A stretch of DNA of 40,000 nt. Source: Nannocystaceae bacterium (GTDB lineage Bacteria; Myxococcota_A; Polyangia; Nannocystales; Nannocystaceae). The position numbers and the translations under genes were made by a program. Below, piece by piece: positions 1 through 7,544 of this stretch (its first letter is position 1; each line of letters begins with the position of its first letter). The notes under the pieces were generated by a model. The model saw nothing but the letters and a program-made list of their open reading frames with translations, had not been told where the DNA came from and made no database searches. The stretch covers positions 49,538-89,537 of the forward strand of contig JAZGFE010000196.1 in NCBI GenBank assembly GCA_036479215.1, written 5' to 3'.

Positions 1-1941
1 TTCATCGGTACCGATCTCGAGAAGTGCCGCCTCCTGCGGTGCATCTATCGTCGATCCCACGACCAAATCGTCGAGTAAACGGCCACCCACGCACAGGTTG
101 GCGTGTTTCTGAGCGCGATGGGTATGAGCCGAAACGAACCCCACGACGCGTACCTGTGTGTCGTCGAGGGCGAGCACCAACTCGGCCAAACGAGCGCGCG
201 CCGCCTCATTTAGGGCACGGATGGGGTGGTGCGAAAACAACACGTACACAGGGTCGGTGTACGGAGCGCTCCTGGTCACCTCGCTCGCTAGCATGATGAG
301 GGTGTCGACTTGGGCGCCGGAGAGCGTACCTACCATCCCGGCGACACCGAGGTCGAAATCGATCTGATCGGATGTATCGAGAAACACCCCCACCACGCCA
401 CGCGCCTTCCCCCGAACATGGCTCACACCCAGGGGCGTCACAGCCACCAGTGCCTGTCCCCGTTGGAAACCACGACTCCAGCTCCTCCAGCCAGCCTCGC
501 CCCACACGGGCGTGAGCCTGCCCTTGTTGTGCTCGATCCCCTCGCCGAAGGCCTCTACCAACAACGCGTCCGATCGCTGTTTGTCCAGCCGGTTGGCACA
601 AACATGGTCCCAATGCGGGCTCCAAGCGAAGTTCCCGGTGAACGAGCTATCGTGGTTGCCGGGCGCTGTGCCTAGCACCCGTCCCAGGTCGAAAGCCGCC
701 AGCGTGGCCAGGATTCGCTCCATCTCGTGGACGCAACCGAGATCAGCAAAGTCACCGAGGTACACCCAAGGAAGTTTTGTTTCGGGTGACGCCGTCGCCA
801 AATCACGCACCTCGGCCAGATGGAGCAATGTGCCTTGGGCAAGAATCTGTAGTTCCACGGGCCGTTGGGCCACGGGCACCAAGGCGTCCGCAAACGCCAT
901 CTCGCCGGCGAAGCGGGCCCCCTTGAGATCGTGAAATTGGCTGTCGGCGAGTACAAACACCGAGATATCGCTACGTCGCATCGATGAACTAGGATCCGCC
1001 ATACAAGCCACCGCCCTATCGGACCAGTTGCGGTCGCGCTGCTCTTGCGCTGCCTCGCTGCGCTGTGTTTGCTGGAACGAGTAGGCCCAGCCGAGTAGTA
1101 GGGGCGCGGCGACGAGCAGCAGGGGCGTATCGGCCCGGCCCCACCGTTTTACGTGGGTCTGGCGGAACGACTCGCGTCTGTTGTCGAGGTGTGAGTCCCC
1201 CTTTCTTGCGTCGCGTCGGTATTGCACGTGACGCAGGGTCCATTTCATCAGTCTCAGCAAGGCGCCGGCGACCATGGCGATGAGCAAGCCCGCAGATTTA
1301 TCGATCTGGTCGGGGGCAAGGGCATACACAAACCACGCGCCCACAAATGTCGCTACGTTGATGAGCGGGCGGCGTGCCCAGTGAATACTGCCGGCCACAC
1401 GCAAAGAGGGGTGGTCCTTGCGTTCGCGCGCCCCGATCTCCCGGTCCTCAAAGTTCACGAAAAACACCGCCGCCGTGTCCAAAATGGGCTCAGCGAACAG
1501 CAACATCACGGCGACGCCGCCCAGCTGCCACGGCAAACCTTCCACGTGGGCTAGCCACGCCAAAATCCACAGTACCGCGCACTCAAGGTGCCCAAGCTGT
1601 CGGTTGAGCAGCGTGAGGATATCGTAGAACCAAGCGTAGCCAGGCTCGATCCGGTGGGCCCAGGCCGGCCACACAGCAAAGCGGTACGGCAGCATCAACC
1701 ACGCGATGGCCAGCCCAGCGTTCACCGCCAGTAGGGTCCCCGCGTGGGAGATGAGCAGTGAGATGACAATCGCCGCCAGGTAGTGGATCGCGAAACCCAG
1801 CTGTTCCCCAAAACCTGCGGTGTTGAGGCCCAGGCCCGTCGCAAAGGCAAGGGCCACACCTGCGACGCGCCAGGTGAGTGTGATACCCGGGTACCGGGGT
1901 ACGACCTTCGCTAACGGCGGCAGGAATGCGAGCTTGCCCAT
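1..1941 (-). CDS. Polytopic membrane domain fused to a calcineurin-like metallophosphoesterase (3' end runs off the window start)
   Basis: Missing from the ORF track because it has no in-window stop. My translation from ATG 1941 reads MGKLAFLPPLAKVVPRYPGITLTW..., about 330 aa with several hydrophobic segments. It continues without a stop through ..NWSDRAVACMADPSSSMRRSDISVFVLADSQFHD..LGDFADLG..PGNHD..FSHHP..SAHTHR, which is the GDxxD / GNHD / H / xHxH metallophosphoesterase motif series. I checked the junction 1003-1080 codon by codon and found no stop. No listed minus-strand ORF has this phase. The start lies 8 nt after the stop of the upstream gene. Confidence 0.75.
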   Translation of the reverse strand, partial: MGKLAFLPPLAKVVPRYPGITLTWRVAGVALAFATGLGLNTAGFGEQLGFAIHYLAAIVISLLISHAGTLLAVNAGLAIAWLMLPYRFAVWPAWAHRIEPGYAWFYDILTLLNRQLGHLECAVLWILAWLAHVEGLPWQLGGVAVMLLFAEPILDTAAVFFVNFEDREIGARERKDHPSLRVAGSIHWARRPLINVATFVGAWFVYALAPDQIDKSAGLLIAMVAGALLRLMKWTLRHVQYRRDARKGDSHLDNRRESFRQTHVKRWGRADTPLLLVAAPLLLGWAYSFQQTQRSEAAQEQRDRNWSDRAVACMADPSSSMRRSDISVFVLADSQFHDLKGARFAGEMAFADALVPVAQRPVELQILAQGTLLHLAEVRDLATASPETKLPWVYLGDFADLGCVHEMERILATLAAFDLGRVLGTAPGNHDSSFTGNFAWSPHWDHVCANRLDKQRSDALLVEAFGEGIEHNKGRLTPVWGEAGWRSWSRGFQRGQALVAVTPLGVSHVRGKARGVVGVFLDTSDQIDFDLGVAGMVGTLSGAQVDTLIMLASEVTRSAPYTDPVYVLFSHHPIRALNEAARARLAELVLALDDTQVRVVGFVSAHTHRAQKHANLCVGGRLLDDLVVGSTIDAPQEAALLEIGTDE

Positions 1942-1949
1942 GGCGCGGA

Positions 1950-2444
1950 TCAACGGAAGATCACGATAGCCACCACGCCCGCCACACCCGGAACCACGGC
2001 CATTTGGATCAGCCAACCGATATCGGCACCCTCTGTATCCGGCCGCGCCAGGCGTGTCATCGCGCCGCCCAGCCCCCAGGCGACATAGGTCCCCGCTGCC
2101 CAACCAAGGTTGACCACGGTCCGGTCCGGATGATTGTAACCAGCCCACAGCAACAGCGCGGCGACCAGAAACGAGGGAAGAACGGTGAACGAAGTCACCA
2201 GCGCGTGGTTGGCAAAACTGCGCGTCCCCGACTGCATATGGGCGGTACGCAACAAGTACATGCACATGAAAATGAAACCCACGCACAACGTCGCGTGTGG
2301 GGCAGAACGTTCGGAGAAACTTAGGAACGCGAGCAGTCCTTCCAAAGGTACCGTCAGCGCCTTCCACATCTCCGGTAACGTAGTCCCGTGGGCAGCCACA
2401 CCAAGCGCGGCGTCGCCACTATCCAACCCTCGATCAACTAGCAT
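1950..2444 (-). CDS. Small integral membrane protein (about four TM helices)
   Basis: ORF 1950..2468. Four hydrophobic stretches: LLAFLSF..CVGFIFMCMYLL, FTVLPSFLVAALLLWAGY, LGWAAGTYVAWGLGGA, IGWLIQMAVVPGVAGVVAIVIF. The listed start is TTG 2468. ATG 2444 overlaps the upstream stop by 11 nt and is preferred; ATG 2369 is also possible. The co-directional alternative frame across this region translates to Arg-rich junk. Confidence 0.6.
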   Translation of the reverse strand: MLVDRGLDSGDAALGVAAHGTTLPEMWKALTVPLEGLLAFLSFSERSAPHATLCVGFIFMCMYLLRTAHMQSGTRSFANHALVTSFTVLPSFLVAALLLWAGYNHPDRTVVNLGWAAGTYVAWGLGGAMTRLARPDTEGADIGWLIQMAVVPGVAGVVAIVIFR

Positions 2445-3591
2445 GGGCGGCGTCCTCGGAGCCCACAACGGAGCTTGCTAACGTGAAATGCGGGCGCGTG
2501 CGCCCACGCCTGGCCAGCGCAGTGCCAAAGGCTTCGATCTCCCGCAGTGATGCCTCGGATAAGCCGTAGTACGGCTGAGCAATACCGCGCGGCACCCCCT
2601 CTTTTCGAAAAATCAGATAGAGCCACAGTGACAACAGCCGGCGAGGCTCCTTACCCTGATGGCCGTAACCGCGGATCCCCACCACGTTGGCGTCGCATCG
2701 CTGCAACCAACGCGTGAGCATCGCCAAACTTCGCCGCTGTGCACCCCTCGATACCACCAGCGCAGCGGTATCGGTACCGCGAAACATCTCGGTTTGTGTG
2801 CTGTCTTCGAACAAGCCCTCCATCGGAGCTGCCATTCCCAACAGCCAAGTCGGCGACTCGACAACGATCAGGTCGTAGTCGCCCGCCAGGTCCCCCAAGG
2901 GCCCTACGGGCGGAGATTTGCGAAAGAACGCTCGTATCAGCATGCGAACGAAGTCAACAAACGACATGGGAAAGCGATAAAAACTCTCGAGAGCGTGCAC
3001 ATAGCGGATATCCACCCTATCGTAGCCGCCGGCCAACAGGCCGATCTTGAGTCGATCGATGGCCGTCCGCCCGGCGCCGGTGAGAGAGTAGCCCACGACC
3101 AACGCTTTGGGCTGCTCCGGCCGCGGCCGAGCGATACCGGTCAGTACGTCGCGCTGTAGCGCCCACAGGTCGCGGGACTCGAGCGCGATCCAGTACAAGA
3201 GAAACACCACGACAAACAGTGCATCCCATACAACGAAGATCATATAGAACCAATGCAGGCCTTGCGTCGCAAAGAAATAGTAGCCGATCAGCGCGTACAG
3301 GCCCTTTCCGAGAGTCCCGATCTTGAGCAGGGGTAGGGCACGTTTGGGTTCGTGCCGTGCGCAGAACACCATCCATGCGAGCACACCCATGGAGAACGAT
3401 AGCGCCGACTCGAGCAGGAAGAGTCGAAGGTCTTGGGGGGCCTCGATGCCCAGCCACGGGAACAATATCGGGTAGGCGATCACCAAGACAACATTGCCCC
3501 CGATGTTGGCAACGGCGGTCAACAGGCAGAGGGCGCGCAACGTGGGCAACGAGAGGGGCGGTCTGCGGGAGAGTTCGGTACTCATGGGCAT
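2434..3591 (-). CDS. Membrane-anchored protein with a C-terminal flavodoxin-like domain
   Basis: ORF 2434..3594. The N-terminal ~150 aa have four hydrophobic helices. The C-terminal part begins KALVVGYSLTGAGRTA..(DYDLIVVESPTW), which resembles the flavodoxin-fold beta1 / P-loop-like S-x-T-G-x-x-T and beta3 pattern. ATG 3591 overlaps the GMC stop as TGATG. Confidence 0.7.
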   Translation of the reverse strand: MPMSTELSRRPPLSLPTLRALCLLTAVANIGGNVVLVIAYPILFPWLGIEAPQDLRLFLLESALSFSMGVLAWMVFCARHEPKRALPLLKIGTLGKGLYALIGYYFFATQGLHWFYMIFVVWDALFVVVFLLYWIALESRDLWALQRDVLTGIARPRPEQPKALVVGYSLTGAGRTAIDRLKIGLLAGGYDRVDIRYVHALESFYRFPMSFVDFVRMLIRAFFRKSPPVGPLGDLAGDYDLIVVESPTWLLGMAAPMEGLFEDSTQTEMFRGTDTAALVVSRGAQRRSLAMLTRWLQRCDANVVGIRGYGHQGKEPRRLLSLWLYLIFRKEGVPRGIAQPYYGLSEASLREIEAFGTALARRGRTRPHFTLASSVVGSEDAAHAS

Positions 3592-5306
3592 CAACCTGAT
3601 CCGCGTAGCTGGTCACATAGACGCTGGGCGAAATATTCGGAGAGCGCCGCGATCGTAAGCGCAGGATTCGGTCCTGCCGCAGTGGGCATGAGGCTGCCGT
3701 CGGCGACAAAAAGACCGCGTGCACCAAAAACCTCGCCGGTTGCGGCGTCCACGGCCCCAGTGCTGCGATCGTGCGAGAGTGGCGCGCCACCGAGGGGATG
3801 CACGGTGACGTAGCGGGAGAAGTACGACCCGAGATTTTCCACCATGGTGCCACCCACCGTCTCGGCGATGGCCCGCATCGACTCGCGCGCGCGCTCGTAG
3901 TGGTAGTCGCTGGCGCGAGCGCTCCACTGCAGATCGAGCTGGTCGTGGCGCGGCCCATCCTCTTTCAGCACAAACTGACCGTGCGCCGTATCTCGTCCCA
4001 TCGCCAACAGTGGCAGCGTATGGGAGATGATCTCATCGCCCCCAAAAAGAAAGTCACCGGCCGCCTGCCCGAGTCGAAGATGGCGTCGCCCCATGACCCG
4101 CGCCGCCAGGCGCTGCCCCAGTAGCCGGGAATTTTGCCACAGACGTGCGAGCACCGTGCGCGGATGCTTGGACAGCACGCCTGCGTAGACCGCCATCGCC
4201 AGAAGGGGCGGGAAGCCCCCGTCTTCGACCCAGATCGAGGAGGGTTGGCCGTGGGGATCCGTCCCATGGTCGAAACGAATGGCCCCAGTGATGACTGGGC
4301 CAAGCGTCGGCATGGCAGCAGCTCGCGTCCCCGAGACGAACCCCAGCAGGTCTCCGTTGGGGCTGAAACGTGACCCGACCGTCGGGCTCATCTGCGGCCG
4401 CCCTCGTTGCAAGCGAAGCAGGATCTCCGTGGTACCTACCGCCCCAGCAGCAAGCACAACGTGATCGAACGACTCGTGAAAGGTCTCGCCTGTAGTGGGA
4501 TCGCGCAGCTCCAAGTGCCAGGGTTTGAGGTCCGCAGGTTTCGCCATGGCCCCCGCAACATCGCCATTCTCGACATCACGACGCAATTCTCGCAGCTCGC
4601 GGTACGTATGGATTTTTGCACCTCGCGCACTGGCGAGGGCAAGGTAGTTGAGATCAACCGTGTTCTTGGCAGCGATGTTGCAGCCGATATTGCACTCGCC
4701 GCAGCCTGTGCACGCGCTTTGCTGCACGCCGTGGGCGTTGCGCTGGGACAGACCGGGTTCGGCTCCGAAAGTGATGGCCAGATGCGGCCATTCGTGGGTG
4801 ATGCCCGGCCCAGAATTGGGCTGGGCTCGCATTTTGGACGCCGCGTGGAACAACGCCCACGACTTCGGTGTGTTGTGGTAGGGCGAGTCTGGATCAGCAG
4901 CGGGGTATCGCGCCGCGCCGAGCATGCGCTCGGCCTTGCTATAGTAGGGGTCGAGCTGCGCGCGACGAAGGTTCGCGGGCCACTGCTGAAGCAATGCGTC
5001 GGGCACGCGATAAAGCACATTGGAGTAGATAAGGGACCCACCACCCAGCCCCGCGGCCGTCACGATATCCATCTTCGCTCGACCGAAGCTACGGAGCTCG
5101 AATAGCCCGTGTCGCCCGTCTTCCGGGTCCCAAAACGCACGGCGCAATTCCGAGACACGACGAGGGAATTCGTTTCGACCGTATCTGGCACCTCGCTCAA
5201 AGACGTGCACCTCTGCGAGACCCGACTCGGCCAACCGGCACGCCATCACCGCGCCACCAAACCCGGAACCCACCACGGCGATTTTCGGTTTGGTCTGCGC
5301 GCCCAC
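3591..5306 (-). CDS. GMC-family FAD-dependent oxidoreductase (cholesterol-oxidase-like)
   Basis: 571-aa ORF. N-terminal Rossmann dinucleotide motif KIAVVGSGFGGAVMACRLAESG. Internal CTGCGECNIGCNIAAKNT. C-terminal GLFVADGSLMPTAAGPNPALTIAALSE, typical of GMC oxidoreductases. GTG start at 5306 lies 6 codons before the GxGxxG. Confidence 0.9.
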   Translation of the reverse strand: MGAQTKPKIAVVGSGFGGAVMACRLAESGLAEVHVFERGARYGRNEFPRRVSELRRAFWDPEDGRHGLFELRSFGRAKMDIVTAAGLGGGSLIYSNVLYRVPDALLQQWPANLRRAQLDPYYSKAERMLGAARYPAADPDSPYHNTPKSWALFHAASKMRAQPNSGPGITHEWPHLAITFGAEPGLSQRNAHGVQQSACTGCGECNIGCNIAAKNTVDLNYLALASARGAKIHTYRELRELRRDVENGDVAGAMAKPADLKPWHLELRDPTTGETFHESFDHVVLAAGAVGTTEILLRLQRGRPQMSPTVGSRFSPNGDLLGFVSGTRAAAMPTLGPVITGAIRFDHGTDPHGQPSSIWVEDGGFPPLLAMAVYAGVLSKHPRTVLARLWQNSRLLGQRLAARVMGRRHLRLGQAAGDFLFGGDEIISHTLPLLAMGRDTAHGQFVLKEDGPRHDQLDLQWSARASDYHYERARESMRAIAETVGGTMVENLGSYFSRYVTVHPLGGAPLSHDRSTGAVDAATGEVFGARGLFVADGSLMPTAAGPNPALTIAALSEYFAQRLCDQLRGSG

Positions 5307-5473
5307 GAACCCGTTTCTCTAGCGCCAAACCGGAATCTGGACAAGAAACAGGCACGGGCGGCCCCGATGCCGGGCATCGCAGACCGCCTGAACAAGAGAT
5401 TCTCTGTCACAGACAATCGTAGGTGTTCGCCCGTCCATGCATCGTTTTCGATCCAAGTCGAGTTTTCTGACCC

Positions 5474-5531
5474 AGCGAAACAGGCCGCGCCGGTCCCCCC
5501 GGCGCGGGTCTGCTCATCGCAACGCGATGAG
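5474..5531 (-). terminator. Two tandem GC hairpins downstream of the lipoprotein gene (putative intrinsic terminator)
   Basis: On the minus strand, 5 nt after the TAG stop: CTCATCGC-gtt-GCGATGAG (5513-5531). This is followed by CCGCGCCGG-gggga-CCGGCGCGG (5485-5507) and then CCUGUUUCG. Confidence 0.5.
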
Positions 5532-5536
5532 AGCGA

Positions 5537-5863
5537 CTAGCCTGCGCCGTTCTCCAGACAATCCCCCACATCTCGTCGAGGCATGCCATCAGGACCATCT
5601 CGCAGCCCTCGATCGCAGTCTTCCGGTAGCTCGATCTCGTTGCAGCGAATGGTGGCGATGGCATCACCTTCGCCGCCATCGCCATGGCAGGCGATGATCT
5701 TCGCGTAGTCGTAGCGTGCGGAAACTTCGTGCGCGCCCGCGATTTCGTCGCTTTTCGCCGCGCAGCCGAAGAGGCCGGCGCCGGTCAGCGCCATGGCCAG
5801 AAGTAGACGCCCACCGCGGCGCAAAGTGGAACGAGTTGGTGCAACAGTCGTGTATCGGATCAT
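5537..5863 (-). CDS. Small secreted Cys-containing lipoprotein
   Basis: 108-aa ORF. Signal peptide with lipobox: RRGGRLLLAMALTGAGLFGC|AAKS. The mature part has 5 further Cys and is acidic. Codon third positions are GC-rich. Confidence 0.65.
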   Translation of the reverse strand: MIRYTTVAPTRSTLRRGGRLLLAMALTGAGLFGCAAKSDEIAGAHEVSARYDYAKIIACHGDGGEGDAIATIRCNEIELPEDCDRGLRDGPDGMPRRDVGDCLENGAG

Positions 5864-6223
5864 CGAGTGATTTTTCTTTCGTAATCAACGCCGTAGAGAA
5901 AATGCCGCCCACCTCGGCGATGGAACGAGGGCCTCGCTGTCACGCGGATGGCCAAGTTGGCCGCGATGTCACGACGGGCGCCACGCGTATCATCCCGACG
6001 CACTGGCGATAAACAAGGTACGGCGTGGGTGTCCGTGTTCACGGCTATGATCGCCACTCGCAGTGAAACGTTGCGCTCGGACGCGCGAGCAGCCCATCTC
6101 GTAGTCATGTGCCCCGCCAGCCATCGTTTCGCCAGAGATGGTCCAGCAAAGCGAGATGCGCCGCAGACGACCGCCCCCCCCGCAAGACTTGCCCTGACCG
6201 CACGACAGCGCGAGACTTGAAGC

Positions 6224-6748
6224 GTGTCCTCCCATCCCCCCGACGACAACGGCGAGACCTCGTCCAAACACCAGCCCACACAACCCCCCACCCCCACCCC
6301 CCATTGGTTGTGGCGCTTCTCCGCCGACGAATGGCTGCGCTCGGCTGAGCGTGAGCGCAAACGATGCGACCCTGCCGGTGACGAAAGCAGGAAGAGCATC
6401 ACCCACGCCCGACGGGGAGTGGGTATGGCGCTCAATGCACTACTGGTGAGCTTCAACCGGCATCTCGGCGATGCGCGAGAAGACTGTGAGAACCGGTGGG
6501 GTCGGTCCTATGTCGACCACATACGAGCTGTCGGCGCCGCCTGTGCCCGCGACGAGACCCAACTTGATGCCGAGCTCATTTCCGCCTGCTACAAGCTCTC
6601 GAACATTGAGATCCGCGGGCCCCGTGATCCGATCCAGATCCATCCCGTCGGTGCGACACCGCACGCTATCGCTCGACAGCTACTCGCCTCCGCGATCGCT
6701 ACCGTCGGCCACATGATCGAGGCGAACAAGGCCAGTTCCGAGACATAG
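6224..6748 (+). CDS. Hypothetical protein with a HEPN-like helical domain
   Basis: 174-aa ORF with a GTG start. By eye its pattern matches the classical HEPN fold: SADEWLRSAERE (helix 1), ARRGVGMALNALLVS (the ..EKALKALL.. helix), WGRSYVDHI (compare WGHS..L), then a late ..R.P.. segment. An R-x4-H string (RSYVDH) is present. The N-terminal 60 aa are Pro/Thr-rich and the start is uncertain. Confidence 0.5.
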   Translation: MSSHPPDDNGETSSKHQPTQPPTPTPHWLWRFSADEWLRSAERERKRCDPAGDESRKSITHARRGVGMALNALLVSFNRHLGDAREDCENRWGRSYVDHIRAVGAACARDETQLDAELISACYKLSNIEIRGPRDPIQIHPVGATPHAIARQLLASAIATVGHMIEANKASSET

Positions 6749-6816
6749 AGCACGCCCCGTGATCCTGCGCCACAGGTGCTCATTCCCCCTCAACCAGCCG
6801 AACGCCGCGGCGGCCT

Positions 6817-6878
6817 CCACCGCCTTGTCACCACCGCCTTGTCACCACCGCCTTGTCACCACCGCCTTGTCACCACCG
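6817..6878. repeat. Perfect 14-bp tandem direct repeat, CCACCGCCTTGTCA x4 plus a 6-nt partial copy
   Basis: Read directly. Units at 6817-6830, 6831-6844, 6845-6858 and 6859-6872, then CCACCG. Intergenic, 50 nt upstream of the GST start codon. Confidence 0.95.
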
Positions 6879-6895
6879 ATCCGTCCGCCTACACT
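6867..6895 (+). promoter_or_regulatory. Candidate sigma70-type promoter for the GST gene
   Basis: TTGTCA (6867-6872, inside the last repeat unit), a 17-bp spacer, then TACACT (6890-6895). The GST ATG is at 6928. Confidence 0.3.
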
Positions 6896-6927
6896 CGCGC
6901 CTCTCCAACTCGCCCAAGCGGGATCCC

Positions 6928-7494
6928 ATGACCTTACAACTGTTCGGAAGCCTCACCTCGCCCTTCGTCCGCCACTGTCGCATCGCACTGCTTCAGCTGG
7001 GGCATCCTTGGGAATTCCGCGAAACAGACTACGGGACGAGCGCGAAGCTTTCCCCCGCGCAACGAGTCCCGTTCTTTCAGGACGGCGAGCTCACCCTGAC
7101 GGATTCATCGGTGATCTTGCAAGCCATCCGGGAGAAAGGTGGGGGACGCTTTTTGCCGGGACTCGCAGAGGCACAGCGGTACCATCTGGCGAACTGTGTC
7201 CTCGACAGCGCGGTGAATCTCTTCCTGCTGGCCAAAAATGGCCGCACTCCCGACAACACGCCCTATCTCGCGCGACAACAAGCCCGGGTAGACACGGGAC
7301 TCGAAGCCTTGGACACGGCCGATCTCAGCTTCGACAGCACACCGGACGACAGTTTGCTCCGCATCGGCTGTCTAGTGGCGTGGGCTGTCTACCGCAAGCG
7401 TTTCACAGTCGAGCATCATGGGGGGCTCACCGCGTTGATGCAGCACCTCGAGAACGTGGACCGGTTCAGAGAGACCGCGCCCCCGCTAGCATAG
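6928..7494 (+). CDS. Glutathione S-transferase family protein
   Basis: Inside ORF 6853..7494. I start at ATG 6928 (MTLQLFGSLTSPFVRHCRIAL). The N-terminal thioredoxin-like domain shows the S-P-F motif and VPFFQDGELTLTDSSVILQAI (the GST 'VP..d....l.eS.aI' motif). Confidence 0.85.
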   Translation: MTLQLFGSLTSPFVRHCRIALLQLGHPWEFRETDYGTSAKLSPAQRVPFFQDGELTLTDSSVILQAIREKGGGRFLPGLAEAQRYHLANCVLDSAVNLFLLAKNGRTPDNTPYLARQQARVDTGLEALDTADLSFDSTPDDSLLRIGCLVAWAVYRKRFTVEHHGGLTALMQHLENVDRFRETAPPLA

Positions 7495-7544
7495 GTTGGA
7501 AGCGGGCCCGCAACCCACGCACGTCCCTCCTGAAGTTTGGAGCT

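Noticed and set aside
1413-1460. UbiA-prenyltransferase-like Asp-rich motif (VNFEDREIGARERKDHP versus NDxxDxxxD...RP) in the membrane domain of the first gene.
   Set aside because: It matches only partially: the third Asp is replaced by Gly. It also sits after about four TM helices instead of after TM2. I could not find a second DxxxD motif. Probably coincidental, though worth an HMM check.
1942-2418. Possible upstream extension of the membrane-phosphoesterase frame, which stays open up to 2418.
   Set aside because: My codon-by-codon translation of the extension (WRRRAWCGCPRDYVTGDVEGADGTFGRTARVPKF...) is Arg-rich and non-hydrophobic. The overlapping frame gives a clean 4-TM protein. ATG 1941 is kept as the start.
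2512-2527. Sigma54-like TGGCAC-N5-TGGCC on the minus strand, about 45-70 nt upstream of the small 4-TM gene.
   Set aside because: It lies inside the coding sequence of the upstream gene, which overlaps the downstream one (translational coupling). A single TGGCAC hit is expected by chance in a window of this size and GC content.
3017-3958. 313-aa minus-strand ORF bridging the GMC and flavodoxin-like genes in an alternative frame.
   Set aside because: It overlaps two motif-supported genes on the same strand out of frame, with an Arg/Ser/Pro-rich translation.
5860-6456. 198-aa minus-strand ORF and 5990..6406 (138 aa), opposite and upstream of the HEPN-like gene.
   Set aside because: Arg/Ser/Gly-rich with poly-Gly from the C-runs, and no motifs. 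They overlap the better-supported plus-strand ORF. Coding status of 5864-6223 stays unresolved.
7495-7544. GCGGGCCCGC palindrome between the convergent GST and thrS genes, as a bidirectional terminator.
   Set aside because: The 10-bp palindrome can form only a 3-bp stem with a 4-nt loop, and there is no flanking T/A tract.
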